Source of the DNA: Acidobacteriota bacterium
GTDB lineage: Bacteria; Acidobacteriota; Polarisedimenticolia; J045
Direction: 5' to 3'
Assembly (NCBI GenBank): GCA_003696075.1
Contig: RFHH01000137.1
Coordinates: 1,161-65,160, forward strand
DNA length: 64,000 nucleotides
The translations under genes and the position numbers were made by a program. Below the pieces are notes generated by a model. That model made no database searches and was not told the origin of the DNA. It was given only the letters and a program-made list of their open reading frames with translations. Of the stretch, positions 1 to 9,641 are shown one piece after another. Numbering within the stretch: the stretch's first letter is position 1; each line of letters begins with the position of its first letter.

Positions 1-446
1 AGGCGATGGTGGCGAAGATCGCGCGGGAGACGGGAGCGAGAGCCCGGGTGAAGCCGGTCGACAACCTCTACCACGAGTTCACCTGCAGCGAGGCGCTGGC
101 GCGCCGTTACGAGCGCCACGCGAGCGAGCTCGGGCTCGCCGTTCGTCCCGGGCCAGGCCGTCCCTTCGGGTCGCTCGACGTGGGGCGTCTCTCGCAGCGC
201 GTTCCGGTGCTTCATCCCCTGTTCCGGATCGGCCCCCCGGATCTCGCCAGCCACACCGAGACCTTCGCGAGCGCGGCCGCGTCAGGGACCGCGCTCGACG
301 CGGCCGCACGGGTCTGCCGCGCGCTGGCGCTGACGGCGCTCGACCTGCTCGCCGACCCCGCGGCGGTGGCCGAGGCGCAGGCGGAGAGGAAGGGGAGCGG
401 GGCCGTGCGGGAGGCGCCGTTGATCGTCGAGGCGGGAGCGCCGTGA
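1..446 (+). CDS. C-terminal part of a metallohydrolase/amidohydrolase-like protein (5' end outside window)
   Basis: In-frame ORF running off the left edge. The C-terminal domain resembles the M20/M81-type hydrolase C-terminal region. Its stop overlaps the GTG start of the next gene. Confidence 0.4.
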   Translation, partial: AMVAKIARETGARARVKPVDNLYHEFTCSEALARRYERHASELGLAVRPGPGRPFGSLDVGRLSQRVPVLHPLFRIGPPDLASHTETFASAAASGTALDAAARVCRALALTALDLLADPAAVAEAQAERKGSGAVREAPLIVEAGAP

Positions 447-1366
447 GTTCCCGATCCCTCCCGTCGGGACTCGCTCCGGGTGCGCGGATCGCCGTGGTCG
501 CGCCCGGGTCCCCGATCGACCCGCCCGCGCTCCGGGCGGGGATGGAGCGGCTTCGTTCCTGGGGTTACCGCCCCGTCGCCGCCCCCCACCTCCGCGCGCG
601 GCGGGGCGACCTGGCCGGAAACGACCGCGTGCGCCTGGCGGACCTCGTCTGGGCGCTGAGCGACGACGGCATCGACGCCGTCTGGGCCGCGCGGGGCGGC
701 TGGGGCGGCGCCCGGCTGCTCGGGGGCCTGCCGGCGGCGCTCGTCCGAGGCGGCACGCGGAAATGGCTCTATGGCTTTTCCGACCTGACGGCGATCCAGA
801 ACCACCTCGTCGGCCACGGCTGGTGCACGTGGTACGCGCCGCTCGTCGCCGACCTCGGACGTCCCGAACGATACGCCGCCGCCGCGCTCCGCCGGATGCT
901 CGAATCACCCGAGGTCCCGGGGCGGATCTCCGCACGCGGGCCGGTGCTGCGGCCGGGGCGGGCGCGCGGCCGCCTGGCGGGCGGCTGCTTGAGCCTGCTC
1001 GCCGCGCTCGCCGGAACGCCGTGGCAGCCGGACTTTCGCGGGGCGATCCTGTTCCTCGAAGAGGTGGGAGAGGCCCCGTATCGCATCGACCGCATGCTGT
1101 GGCAGATCCGCGCCTCCGGCATGCTGGAGGGCGTTCGGGGCCTGGCGCTGGGCCAGTTCACCGCCTGCCGGCCGCCGCCCGGCCGGCCTTCCCGTAGCCT
1201 GCGCGAGGTTCTGAGGGAGTTCGCCGGGGAGGCGGGCGTTCCCTGCGTCGCCGGCTTTCCGTGCGGCCACGGCCGGGCCTCGCGACCGCTTCCGTTGGGA
1301 TACGAGGCCGACCTCGACGGCCGCGCGCGCGTCCTCGCGTACCGGCCGCCGGCCCGCGCGCGATGA
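443..1366 (+). CDS. ldcA: LD-carboxypeptidase (muramoyltetrapeptide carboxypeptidase, peptidase S66)
   Basis: Carries the S66 motifs GFSDLTAI and FLEEVGEAPYRIDRML and is about 300 aa. The GTG start is coupled to the upstream stop. Confidence 0.85.
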   Translation: MSSRSLPSGLAPGARIAVVAPGSPIDPPALRAGMERLRSWGYRPVAAPHLRARRGDLAGNDRVRLADLVWALSDDGIDAVWAARGGWGGARLLGGLPAALVRGGTRKWLYGFSDLTAIQNHLVGHGWCTWYAPLVADLGRPERYAAAALRRMLESPEVPGRISARGPVLRPGRARGRLAGGCLSLLAALAGTPWQPDFRGAILFLEEVGEAPYRIDRMLWQIRASGMLEGVRGLALGQFTACRPPPGRPSRSLREVLREFAGEAGVPCVAGFPCGHGRASRPLPLGYEADLDGRARVLAYRPPARAR

Positions 1367-2166
1367 CGGTCCGGGTCCCGGCGGCGTCGTGCCGCGTCGC
1401 GCTGCGCCTCGCCTACGACGGGAGCGGGTTCTCGGGGTGGCAGAGGCAGCCGGGCCGGCCGACGGTGCAAGGGGAGGTCGAACGGGCGGTGGCCCGCCTC
1501 TACGGCCTGCCGCCGGGGGCCGTTCCGGTCCAGGGAGCCGGCCGCACGGACGCGGGCGTCCACGCGCTCGCCCAGGTGGCGGCGTTCGCTCCGCCGGCGG
1601 CGCGTCCGCTCGCGGAACTCGCGCGAGGTCTCGCGCGCCTGCTCCCTTCCGCGGTGCGCTTGACGGGGATCGCCGAAATGCCGGCGGATTTCCACCCGAG
1701 GAGGGACGCCGCTCTCAAGGAATACCGCTACCGGATCGCCCACGGCCGCGTGGTTCTGCCGTTCGAGGCGCCCTGGACCTGGGGGATCCGCGATCGGCTC
1801 GACGTGGCCGCGATGCGGAGCGCGGCCGAAGGGCTGGTCGGACGCCGGGACTTCGCCGCCGTCGCGGCCGCCGGAGGCGCCGCGCGCGGCACCGTCCGGA
1901 CGCTTCACCGGCTCGAGGCGATCGAGCGCGGCGAGGGATCGCTCGAGATCGTCGCCGCGGCCGACGGGTTCCTCTACCGGATGGTGCGAAACCTCGTCGG
2001 TCTGCTGGTGGCGGTCGGGACCGGTCGCCTCGGCCCGGACGAGGCGGCGGCGCGGGTCGCCGGCGGCGATCGGCGGGCTCTTCCACCCCCCGCGCCGGCG
2101 CGGGGCCTGGCGCTCGCGGAGGTGCGTTACGATCCGCCGGTGGACTGGAAGGCGGTGCCGCCGTGA
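1363..2166 (+). CDS. truA: tRNA pseudouridine(38-40) synthase TruA
   Basis: Motifs LAYDGSGFSGWQRQ and GAGRTDAGVHA are present (catalytic Asp in RTDAGVHA). The ATG at 1363 overlaps the ldcA stop (ATGA). Confidence 0.9.
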   Translation: MTVRVPAASCRVALRLAYDGSGFSGWQRQPGRPTVQGEVERAVARLYGLPPGAVPVQGAGRTDAGVHALAQVAAFAPPAARPLAELARGLARLLPSAVRLTGIAEMPADFHPRRDAALKEYRYRIAHGRVVLPFEAPWTWGIRDRLDVAAMRSAAEGLVGRRDFAAVAAAGGAARGTVRTLHRLEAIERGEGSLEIVAAADGFLYRMVRNLVGLLVAVGTGRLGPDEAAARVAGGDRRALPPPAPARGLALAEVRYDPPVDWKAVPP

Positions 2167-2260
2167 TTCTTTTGAATCGTGCGGTCGGGGTGGTACAGTC
2201 CGGCCGAGCGCGCGCGACCGGGAAGGGAGAGGAGGCGGGCGTCGAGCGAGCGGGGAGTCG

Positions 2261-3103
2261 GTGACGAAGAGGCGGCAGGTGACGGACGGCGGCTCCGCCG
2301 CGCGGGCCCCGACGGCAGCGGAGCGCAAGCTGCTCGAAGCGATCGACAAGGAGCGCCTGCCTCGCCACGTGGCGGTGATCATGGACGGCAACGGCCGCTG
2401 GGCGAGACGGCGCGGCATGCCGCGGATCGCCGGCCACCGGGCGGGGATCGCCGCGGTCAGGGCGGTGGTGGAGGCGTCGGCGGAGCTGGGGATCGAGGTC
2501 CTGACGCTCTACGCCTTCAGCCGGGAGAACTGGAAGCGGCCCAAGCGGGAGGTCGACACGCTCTTCCGCCTCCTCAGGGAGTACCTCGACAAGGAGCTAC
2601 CCGCCATCAAGCGGCACGGGATCCGCTTCCGGCCGATCGGAAGGCTCCGCGAGCTCCCCGAGCCGGTGCAGAGGGATCTCGAGCGCGCGCGCCGGGAGAC
2701 CGAGGGGGGCGACGGGATGTGGTTCCTCATCGCGCTCAGTTACTCCGGGCGCGCCGACATCGTCGACGCCGCGCGCGCGCTGGCCGCCGAGTGCCGCGCC
2801 GGCCGCCTCGATCCGGAGGCGATCGATGAGGAGACGATCGCCGGCCGACTGTCCACGGCGGGGCTGCCCGATCCGGACCTTCTCATCCGGACCTCGGGCG
2901 AACAGAGGATCAGCAATTTCCTTCTGTGGCAGGTGGCCTACGCGGAGCTGTACGTCACACCGACGCTGTGGCCCGATTTCCGGAGGCGCCACCTCTACGA
3001 GGCGATCATCGACTACCAGCGCCGGGAACGGCGGTTCGGGGGAGTCCCGGCACCGGACGACGGCCCCTCCGGCGGCGGCCCGCGGGAGTTGACGGTTTCG
3101 TGA
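2261..3103 (+). CDS. uppS: Isoprenyl transferase / undecaprenyl-diphosphate synthase
   Basis: Contains the HVAVIMDGNGRWA motif, YAFSRENWKRP and the cis-prenyltransferase signature RTSGEQRISNFLLWQ. Confidence 0.92.
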   Translation: MTKRRQVTDGGSAARAPTAAERKLLEAIDKERLPRHVAVIMDGNGRWARRRGMPRIAGHRAGIAAVRAVVEASAELGIEVLTLYAFSRENWKRPKREVDTLFRLLREYLDKELPAIKRHGIRFRPIGRLRELPEPVQRDLERARRETEGGDGMWFLIALSYSGRADIVDAARALAAECRAGRLDPEAIDEETIAGRLSTAGLPDPDLLIRTSGEQRISNFLLWQVAYAELYVTPTLWPDFRRRHLYEAIIDYQRRERRFGGVPAPDDGPSGGGPRELTVS

Positions 3104-3909
3104 AGCGGCTGGCCACCGGACTGACCCTGGCGCTCGTCGCGCTCGCGGCCATCCGGTACGCGCCGCCGTGGTTCGCCGAGACCGTCGTCGCGGGACTTGC
3201 GGTCGGGTGCGCGGTGGAACTGGGTCGGCTCCTCGGCCGGGTGGGCCTCGAACCGTGGCCCGCGGTGGCCATCCCGGGGGCGGTCGTCGCGGGTGTCGCC
3301 TTCGTGCTCGGCGGCGGAGCGCTGCAGGGTGCGCTCGCCGGGCTGCTTCTCGCGGGCCTCGGGTCGGCCCTGGTGGCCGCCGGGGAGCCGCGCGAGCGCC
3401 TGCGGCGCTTCGCCGGGACGATCGCCTCGGCCCTCTACCTCGGCTTGACCTTCGGCCACGTCGCCGGGCTGCTCGCACAGCCGGCGAACGCCGAGCGGGG
3501 GCGGGATCTCCTGATGCTCGCGGTGCTCGCCGTCTACGCGGGCGACGTCGGCGCGTACTACGGAGGGAGGGCGCTGGGACGGCACCGGCTCGCGCCGCGC
3601 CTGTCGCCCGGCAAGACGGTGGAGGGCGCGGTGTGCGGCGTCGCCCTGGCCGCCGGCGCGGCTCTCCTCGCGCCGCTGTGGTTTTTCCGGGCGCTTCCGT
3701 GGGGCCACGCCCTCGCCCTGGGCGCGGCGGCCGGCTCGGCCGGGATCCTGGGCGACCTCGCGGAATCGCTGTTCAAGAGGGCAGCCGAAGTGAAGGACTC
3801 GGGAGCGCTCTTGCCGGGCCACGGCGGCCTTCTCGACCGCCTGGACAGCCTCTTGTTCGCCGCGCCGGTCGTGTACTGGTACGCCCGGTTGGTGGCCGAT
3901 GTCGCCTGA
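3100..3909 (+). CDS. cdsA: Phosphatidate cytidylyltransferase
   Basis: Multi-TM protein with the C-terminal CTP-transferase signature LLPGHGGLLDRLDSLLFAAPVVYWY. The GTG start overlaps the uppS stop. Confidence 0.85.
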   Translation: MKRLATGLTLALVALAAIRYAPPWFAETVVAGLAVGCAVELGRLLGRVGLEPWPAVAIPGAVVAGVAFVLGGGALQGALAGLLLAGLGSALVAAGEPRERLRRFAGTIASALYLGLTFGHVAGLLAQPANAERGRDLLMLAVLAVYAGDVGAYYGGRALGRHRLAPRLSPGKTVEGAVCGVALAAGAALLAPLWFFRALPWGHALALGAAAGSAGILGDLAESLFKRAAEVKDSGALLPGHGGLLDRLDSLLFAAPVVYWYARLVADVA

Positions 3910-3950
3910 TTCGCGCGGCGGCGCGCCCGGGTAGAATCGCGGACGTGAAG

Positions 3951-5132
3951 ATGCGGAACGCGCCCAAGAAGATCGCGATCCTGGGATCGACGGGATCGAT
4001 CGGCCGCAGCACGCTCGACGTGGTGGCGAGGCACCGCGACCGGCTGCAGGTCGTCGGCCTGGCGGCCGGAAGCGGCGGGGCACGCTTGACGGAGCAGATC
4101 CTCCGTTTCCGGCCGGCGGTCGTCTCCGTCAAGGACGAGCGCGCCGCGCGCGATCTCGCCGCGAGGCTCGACGGCAGGGCGCGTCCCCGGATCGGAGTGG
4201 GAACCGCGGGCGCGACGGAAGTCGCCGTGGCCAGCGGCGCGGACCTCGTCGTTTCCGCGATCGTCGGTGCCGCCGGACTGCTGCCGACGCTCGCCGCTCT
4301 TTCGGCCGGAATCACGGTCGCCCTCGCCAACAAGGAGTCTCTGGTGGTCGCCGGAGAGTTGATGGTCCGGGCCGCCCGGGAGGCGGGAGCGCAGCTCCTG
4401 CCGGTCGACTCCGAGCACAACGCGATCCACCAGTGCCTTCGCGCCGGCCGGCGGGAGGAAGTCGACCGGATCATCCTCACCGGCTCGGGGGGCCCGTTCC
4501 GGGGGATGGACCGGAGCGCACTGGAGCGGGTGTCCGTGGAGGAAGCGCTGCGGCATCCGACCTGGTCGATGGGGCCCAAGATCACCGTCGACTCCGCCAC
4601 CCTGATGAACAAAGGGCTCGAGGTGATCGAGGCTTCTTTTCTCTTCGGGATTCCGGCGGAGAGGATCGACGTCGTGATCCACCCCCAGAGCGTCGTGCAC
4701 AGCATGGTGCGGTTCCGTGACGGCTCGGTGGTCGCGCAGCTCGGCGCCGCCGACATGCGACACCCGATCCAGTACGCTCTGAGCTGGCCGGAGCGGTGGG
4801 AGTCGGCGGTCGCGCCGCTGGACATCCTCGAGGTCGGCGCGCTCACGTTCGAGCCCCCCGATCACGAGCGCTTCCCGTGCCTCGGGCTCGCCCGCGAAGC
4901 CCTGCGGCGGGGGGGGACGGCGCCGGCCCGGCTCAACGCCGCCAACGAGGTCGCGGTGGCGGCGTTCTTGGCCGGGCAGATCCGTTTCGTCGACATCCCG
5001 GCCGTTATCGAAGAGGTTCTCGCCGAAGAGGACGGCTCGCCGGCGGACAGTGTCGAGGACGTGCTGGCCGCAGACCGCGAGGCGCGGCGTCGAGCGCGGG
5101 CGGTGATCGGCTCGGAAAGGATCCGGAGATGA
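3951..5132 (+). CDS. dxr: 1-deoxy-D-xylulose 5-phosphate reductoisomerase
   Basis: N-terminal ILGSTGSIG NADPH motif, plus LANKESLV, PVDSEHNAI and TWSMGPKITVDSATLMNKGLE. Confidence 0.93.
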   Translation: MRNAPKKIAILGSTGSIGRSTLDVVARHRDRLQVVGLAAGSGGARLTEQILRFRPAVVSVKDERAARDLAARLDGRARPRIGVGTAGATEVAVASGADLVVSAIVGAAGLLPTLAALSAGITVALANKESLVVAGELMVRAAREAGAQLLPVDSEHNAIHQCLRAGRREEVDRIILTGSGGPFRGMDRSALERVSVEEALRHPTWSMGPKITVDSATLMNKGLEVIEASFLFGIPAERIDVVIHPQSVVHSMVRFRDGSVVAQLGAADMRHPIQYALSWPERWESAVAPLDILEVGALTFEPPDHERFPCLGLAREALRRGGTAPARLNAANEVAVAAFLAGQIRFVDIPAVIEEVLAEEDGSPADSVEDVLAADREARRRARAVIGSERIRR

Positions 5133-6502
5133 GCGCTGTGGGGGGAGCGCTCCTGTTCGTCCTGGCCTTCGTCGCCGTGCTGGCACCGCTGATCTTCCTT
5201 CACGAGCTCGGGCACTTTCTCGCGGCGAAGGCGTTCCGGGTCCGTGTCGAGGTCTTCTCGATCGGGTTCGGGCCGAGGCTCTTCGGCTTCCGGGGCCAGG
5301 AGACCGACTACCGCGTGGCCCCGTTTCCCCTCGGCGGCTACGTGCGCATGGCCGGGGAGTACGGCGGCGGCGCCGCGAGCGGGGATCCGCGCCTGCTGAC
5401 GAGCAAGCCGAGGTGGCAGCGCCTGGCGATCCTGCTCGCCGGGCCGGCCATGAACGCGCTGGTGGCCGTGGTCCTGTGGTGGGGACTGTTCATGCACGGG
5501 GCCGAGGAACTGGACCTCCCGAGCGGCCCGCCGGTCGTGCAGGCGCTCGCGGACGGCGCTCCGGCGGCCCGCGCAGGCCTGCATCCCGGGGATCGGATCC
5601 TGCGCATCGACGGGAAGGCGATCACTTCCATCGAGGAATACCAGAAGGAAATCGCTTTCCGGCCGGGGCAGCGGGCTCGCTACCTGGTGGAGCGGGACGG
5701 ATCCCGGCTCGAGTTGGAGGTGGAGATCGCGGCCGATCCCCGAACCGGAATCGGCTGGGACGGGGTCTATCCGAAAACCCCGATCGCGATCCGGGAGGTG
5801 ATCCCAGGCGGGCCGGCGGACCGGGCGGGGCTGCGCCCCGGCGACCTGGTGCTCGGCGTCGACGGCCGGGCGCTCGAGCGCGTCGACGACCTGGTCGCGG
5901 CGATCAAGGCGAGTCCCGGCCGCCCCCTCACGCTGTCGATCGGGCGGGGAGGAGAGGTCCTCGAGATCGCCGTCGTTCCCGAGCCCGCCGAAGGGGGCGC
6001 CCGCATCGCGGTGCTGCTGGGCCTGCCGACACGCTTCGTCCGTTACGGCCCGGTAGCGGCGCTCCAGGCCGCGCTCCGCACCGCCGTCGAGGAATCGGAC
6101 CTTCTGTTCCGCACCGTCAGCGGTCTCGTGAAGCGCGAGCTGGGCGTGAAGGTTCTGTCCGGGCCCGTGGAGATCGCCCGCATGTCCGCCGACCGGCTCT
6201 CGGTGGGCCTGGCGGCCACGCTGCGGTTCATGGCGATGATCAGCCTGCAACTGGGGATCCTCAACCTTCTTCCGATTCCGGTCCTCGACGGTGGCCAGAT
6301 CCTGATCCTGCTCGTCGAAGGAATCCGGCGCCGCGATCTTCCGGTCGAGGTGAAGGAAAAGGTGATGCTGGCGGGACTGCTGGTTCTCCTCGCCCTAATG
6401 GCGACCGTCATCGCCCTCGACGTCGCCAAGGGTCTGAACCGCGGGCAGCCCGCGGGCCGGCCGGCCGCCGCCGGCGAACAGTCCGCCCCGCCGGGGCGTT
6501 GA
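5129..6502 (+). CDS. rseP: RIP site-2 metalloprotease RseP (M50) with PDZ domains
   Basis: HELGHF zinc motif in TM1, two PDZ-like segments and the LDGG motif near the C-terminus. The ATG overlaps the dxr stop. Confidence 0.9.
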   Translation: MSAVGGALLFVLAFVAVLAPLIFLHELGHFLAAKAFRVRVEVFSIGFGPRLFGFRGQETDYRVAPFPLGGYVRMAGEYGGGAASGDPRLLTSKPRWQRLAILLAGPAMNALVAVVLWWGLFMHGAEELDLPSGPPVVQALADGAPAARAGLHPGDRILRIDGKAITSIEEYQKEIAFRPGQRARYLVERDGSRLELEVEIAADPRTGIGWDGVYPKTPIAIREVIPGGPADRAGLRPGDLVLGVDGRALERVDDLVAAIKASPGRPLTLSIGRGGEVLEIAVVPEPAEGGARIAVLLGLPTRFVRYGPVAALQAALRTAVEESDLLFRTVSGLVKRELGVKVLSGPVEIARMSADRLSVGLAATLRFMAMISLQLGILNLLPIPVLDGGQILILLVEGIRRRDLPVEVKEKVMLAGLLVLLALMATVIALDVAKGLNRGQPAGRPAAAGEQSAPPGR

Positions 6503-7062
6503 CCGCCGAAACCGCCCTCGCCGCCGCCGGAATTCCTCCGCGCGGTTCCCGGCAGGGGGAGGACGGGGCGCGGAAGCGTCGTGGAGGTTCGCGCGCGGAA
6601 GCGCGGGATGCGCAGCGCTCGGCCCCTCGCGCCGGGATGCCGCTCCCCTCGGAGCCGCGGGGCGAGCCGTCCGCTGGACGAGCGCTTCGCGGGGCTTCGC
6701 CCTCTCCGCGTCGGGGGTATCCCGAAAGGCGCTCGATTCCATCCGTCCCCGGACCCTCCGGCCGTCGCGGCCACCGGCTCGCCGCCGCGGGCGGGATCGC
6801 GGGCCTGTTCTCCCGTTCTCGCGGAATCGCGCACCGATTCGCACCGCCGGGGCGCACCTCGCTGCCCGCGCGATACGGTCCGCGGGCCCGCTCCGGCGCT
6901 TCGGCCCGAACCGAGCCTCGCCTGCCCGTCCGCTCGGACGCCGGCGCGTCCACCGGCGGACGCGCCGCGTCACGGAACGTGAGCGCTGGGACCTGTCCGG
7001 CGGGCATGGCGATTGCCTCGACCTCCCCCAGCGGCCCACAGGCCGCCCGAGGAGGACATCGC

Positions 7063-7380
7063 ATGGACACGCGTCGACTCTGGTTGGCCCTTGCATTGCT
7101 CGGCGCCGCGGCGGCTCCCGCGCTCGCGGCGTCCTCCGGCGACACCGCCCGGCCGCGCGCGCAGGCGCCGGCTCCGGTGGACGTCAACCGTGCCGGTATC
7201 GCCGAGCTGAGCGCCCTGCCCGGTATCGGGCCGAAGCTCGCTCGCCGCATCGTCGCCTTCCGGGAGGAGCACGGCCCGTTCCGGAAGGTGGAGGAGCTGC
7301 TCGCGGTCAAGGGGATCGGCCCGCGCCTGCTCGAGAGGCTCCGCGACCGGCTGACGGTGGGGAGGACGCCCCCCAAGTGA
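7063..7380 (+). CDS. ComEA-like helix-hairpin-helix DNA-binding protein (signal peptide + HhH)
   Basis: Signal peptide followed by the tandem HhH motif VDVNRAGIAELSALPGIGPKLARRIV...LLAVKGIGPRLLERL. GGAGGA RBS sits 6 nt upstream. Confidence 0.75.
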   Translation: MDTRRLWLALALLGAAAAPALAASSGDTARPRAQAPAPVDVNRAGIAELSALPGIGPKLARRIVAFREEHGPFRKVEELLAVKGIGPRLLERLRDRLTVGRTPPK

Positions 7381-7976
7381 GGCGAAACGTCTCGAACGCG
7401 GCGCGGGGCGGGAGCCTCGCCGGGCTGGTCGTCGCCCTCGCGGTCTTCGCGCTCCTGGCGGCGGCCGCCGCGGCGCGGCTCGCCCCGGCCGCCCGCGGGC
7501 CGGCGGCGTTGGCCGCCGCCAGGGATCTGGCGGCGCGATGGAGGTCGCTCGCCCGGGCGGCCCGCGCCGACGGCCGCGATCGAGCGATCGTCTTTCCGCT
7601 TTCCGGCGGCGACGAGCCGCTGGTCGAGGCGGCCGATGGGGACGGCGACGGCGTCGGGCGGGACGACATCGCCCGCGGGGTCGATGCCGCCGGCCCGCCC
7701 TTCACGATCGCGCGTGACCATCCCGGCGCCCGCATCGGCAAGCCACGGCGCCGGCTGCCGGCGGTGCCGCCGTCGACCGGGTTCATCGAGCCGGACGACC
7801 CAGCGGTCCGATTCGGTCCGAGCCGCATGGCCGTGGTCACCGCGGAGGGACACGCGACTCCGGGCTCTCTTTTCGTCACATCCGGTGGATCGGTCTGCGC
7901 CGTGGTGATCCATGGAGCGGCCCTTCGGATTCGCATCTACTGCCTGTCCGCGGGCGGCGCATGGCGGCGCCGCTGA
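7377..7976 (+). CDS. Hypothetical protein, possibly a degenerate GspH/FimT-like pseudopilin
   Basis: GTG start overlaps the comEA-like stop. Hydrophobic N-terminus GGSLAGLVVALAVFALL loosely recalls a prepilin leader, and the C-terminus (VVTAEGHATPGSLFVTSGGSVCAVVIHGAALRIRIY) resembles the pseudopilin beta-sheet region. Confidence 0.35.
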   Translation: MRRNVSNAARGGSLAGLVVALAVFALLAAAAAARLAPAARGPAALAAARDLAARWRSLARAARADGRDRAIVFPLSGGDEPLVEAADGDGDGVGRDDIARGVDAAGPPFTIARDHPGARIGKPRRRLPAVPPSTGFIEPDDPAVRFGPSRMAVVTAEGHATPGSLFVTSGGSVCAVVIHGAALRIRIYCLSAGGAWRRR

Positions 7977-8395
7977 CACCCTTGGCCTGGCCGTTGCCGG
8001 ACCGGTGCACGGCGGCCGCGCGGCAGGTGGCGCGCTTGTGCGTGCGCCTGGAGCGCGAGCTGGAAGGAGAGCCCGGTCGCGCCGCGGGGATCGCGCTGGA
8101 GAGGCTGCTGGCAACGCTCGTCTCCGCTGCGGCGCGATTGGCACTCGTTACGCGCTTGCCGCCGAAAGCCCGGCCGGCGATGCTGGCCGCCGCACGCCGG
8201 GAGGTCCTGATGGGTCGCGGGCTGCTCGCGGTCGCGGGCCGGCTCGCCCCGGATCGGGCGAGAAAACTCGAAGTGCTCGCCGGCGGGCTCGACGTCCTCG
8301 ACCGCCGCCTGGCGGAGCTGCAGCGGGAGGCTCAGGTCGCGATCTCCGAGGGTGGATCTCGAGGGCTCATTGAAGGCACCGCGCGCCGGTTGTAG
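7961..8395 (+). CDS. Hypothetical protein (predicted all-alpha)
   Basis: ORF of 144 aa overlapping the previous ORF's end. No recognisable motif, and the coding call itself is uncertain. Confidence 0.3.
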   Translation: MAAPLTPLAWPLPDRCTAAARQVARLCVRLERELEGEPGRAAGIALERLLATLVSAAARLALVTRLPPKARPAMLAAARREVLMGRGLLAVAGRLAPDRARKLEVLAGGLDVLDRRLAELQREAQVAISEGGSRGLIEGTARRL

Positions 8396-8449
8396 GATCG
8401 CCGCCCGATTCGCGGCGCGGAGCGTCCCGAAACGCCGCCGGAGAAACGG

Positions 8450-9586
8450 ATGGATCGATCGGAGCGCGCCTCCCAGGCGGTCCGGAAGACCCCGCTCCAT
8501 GATCGGCACGCCGCCCTCGGAGCGAAGATCGCTCCTTTCGCCGGGTATCTGATGCCGATCCATTACAGGACGGGGCAGATCGAAGAGCACCGGGCCGTCC
8601 GGACGCGGGCGGGGCTGTTCGACGTGAGCCACATGGGGGAGTTCGACATCACCGGCCCCGGAGCCGCCGCGCTGCTCGATCGGCTCACCCCGTCCCGGAT
8701 CAGCGCCCTGGAGCCGGGACGCGCGCGGTACACCGCGTTCACCACGGACACCGGCGGATTCGTCGACGACATCCTGGTCTACCGCGTGGGCGAGGAGCGC
8801 TTCCTCGTCGTGGTCAACGCCGCGAACCGGAACAAGGACCGCGATTGGGTGGAGAGCCGTCTCGACGGCCACAGGGCGGAGTTCTCCGATCGATCGGACG
8901 ACTACGCCCTCCTAGCGCTCCAGGGCCCCGAGTCGAGGGAGATCCTGGCCCCGCTGGCCTCCGGGTTCGACGCGCGCGCGCTTCGCTCGTACCGGGTGGC
9001 CGAGGGGCGGGTGGCCGGAAGGCCGGCACTCGTCAGCCGGACGGGATACACGGGGGAGATCGGATTCGAGATCTTTCTGGACCCCGGCGACGCCGGCGCC
9101 GTTTGGGATGCGCTGCTCGAGTCGGGCTCGGATCGGGGGCTCCTGCCGGCGGGCCTGGGAGCGCGCGACACGCTCCGGCTGGAGGCGGCGCTGCCGCTGT
9201 ACGGACACGATATCGACGAGTCGACCAACGTCCTCGAGGCGGGGCTCGAATTCATCGTCGACTGGGACAAGGACGACTTCGTCGGGAAGAGCGCCCTGCT
9301 CGACGCGCGGAGCGGTCCCCTCGCGAAGCGGCGCATCGGGTTCGCGGTCGAGGGCCGCGGAATCGCGCGCGCCGGACAGGAGATCTACTGGGAAGGACGG
9401 AGCGCCGGAAACGTGACGTCGGGAAGCTGGTCGCCCACGCTCGAGAGGGCGATCGGGATGGGCTACCTTCCGCCCGCCGCCGCCGAGCCGGGAACCGGCA
9501 TCGAAATCGACATCCGCGGCCGGCGCGTGGGCGCGAGGGTCGTCGAGCTGCCCTTCTACCGCCGGCCTCGGCGCCGGCGCACTTGA
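8450..9586 (+). CDS. gcvT: Glycine cleavage system T protein (aminomethyltransferase)
   Basis: Typical GcvT N-terminus: LHDRHAALGAKIAPFAGYLMPIHY...AVRTRAGLFDVSHMGEFDI. About 378 aa. Confidence 0.92.
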   Translation: MDRSERASQAVRKTPLHDRHAALGAKIAPFAGYLMPIHYRTGQIEEHRAVRTRAGLFDVSHMGEFDITGPGAAALLDRLTPSRISALEPGRARYTAFTTDTGGFVDDILVYRVGEERFLVVVNAANRNKDRDWVESRLDGHRAEFSDRSDDYALLALQGPESREILAPLASGFDARALRSYRVAEGRVAGRPALVSRTGYTGEIGFEIFLDPGDAGAVWDALLESGSDRGLLPAGLGARDTLRLEAALPLYGHDIDESTNVLEAGLEFIVDWDKDDFVGKSALLDARSGPLAKRRIGFAVEGRGIARAGQEIYWEGRSAGNVTSGSWSPTLERAIGMGYLPPAAAEPGTGIEIDIRGRRVGARVVELPFYRRPRRRRT

Positions 9587-9641
9587 GGCTGGGCCCGAAG
9601 CCGCCTCGACGGGCGGCCGGGCTCGGCTGGAGGACGTGGAG

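Noticed and set aside
1389-5132. Alternative-frame + strand ORFs (1389-2264, 3168-5132 N-terminal extension, 2179-2829)
   Set aside because: They overlap truA, uppS, cdsA and dxr in other frames and translate to low-complexity Arg/Gly-rich sequences. The dxr frame is real only from the ATG at 3951.
5413-7380. 655-aa + strand ORF spanning the rseP 3' region and the intergenic gap
   Set aside because: Only its last roughly 106 codons (from the ATG at 7063 with a GGAGGA RBS) form a recognisable ComEA-like protein. The upstream part is an Arg/Gly-rich out-of-frame overlap with rseP.
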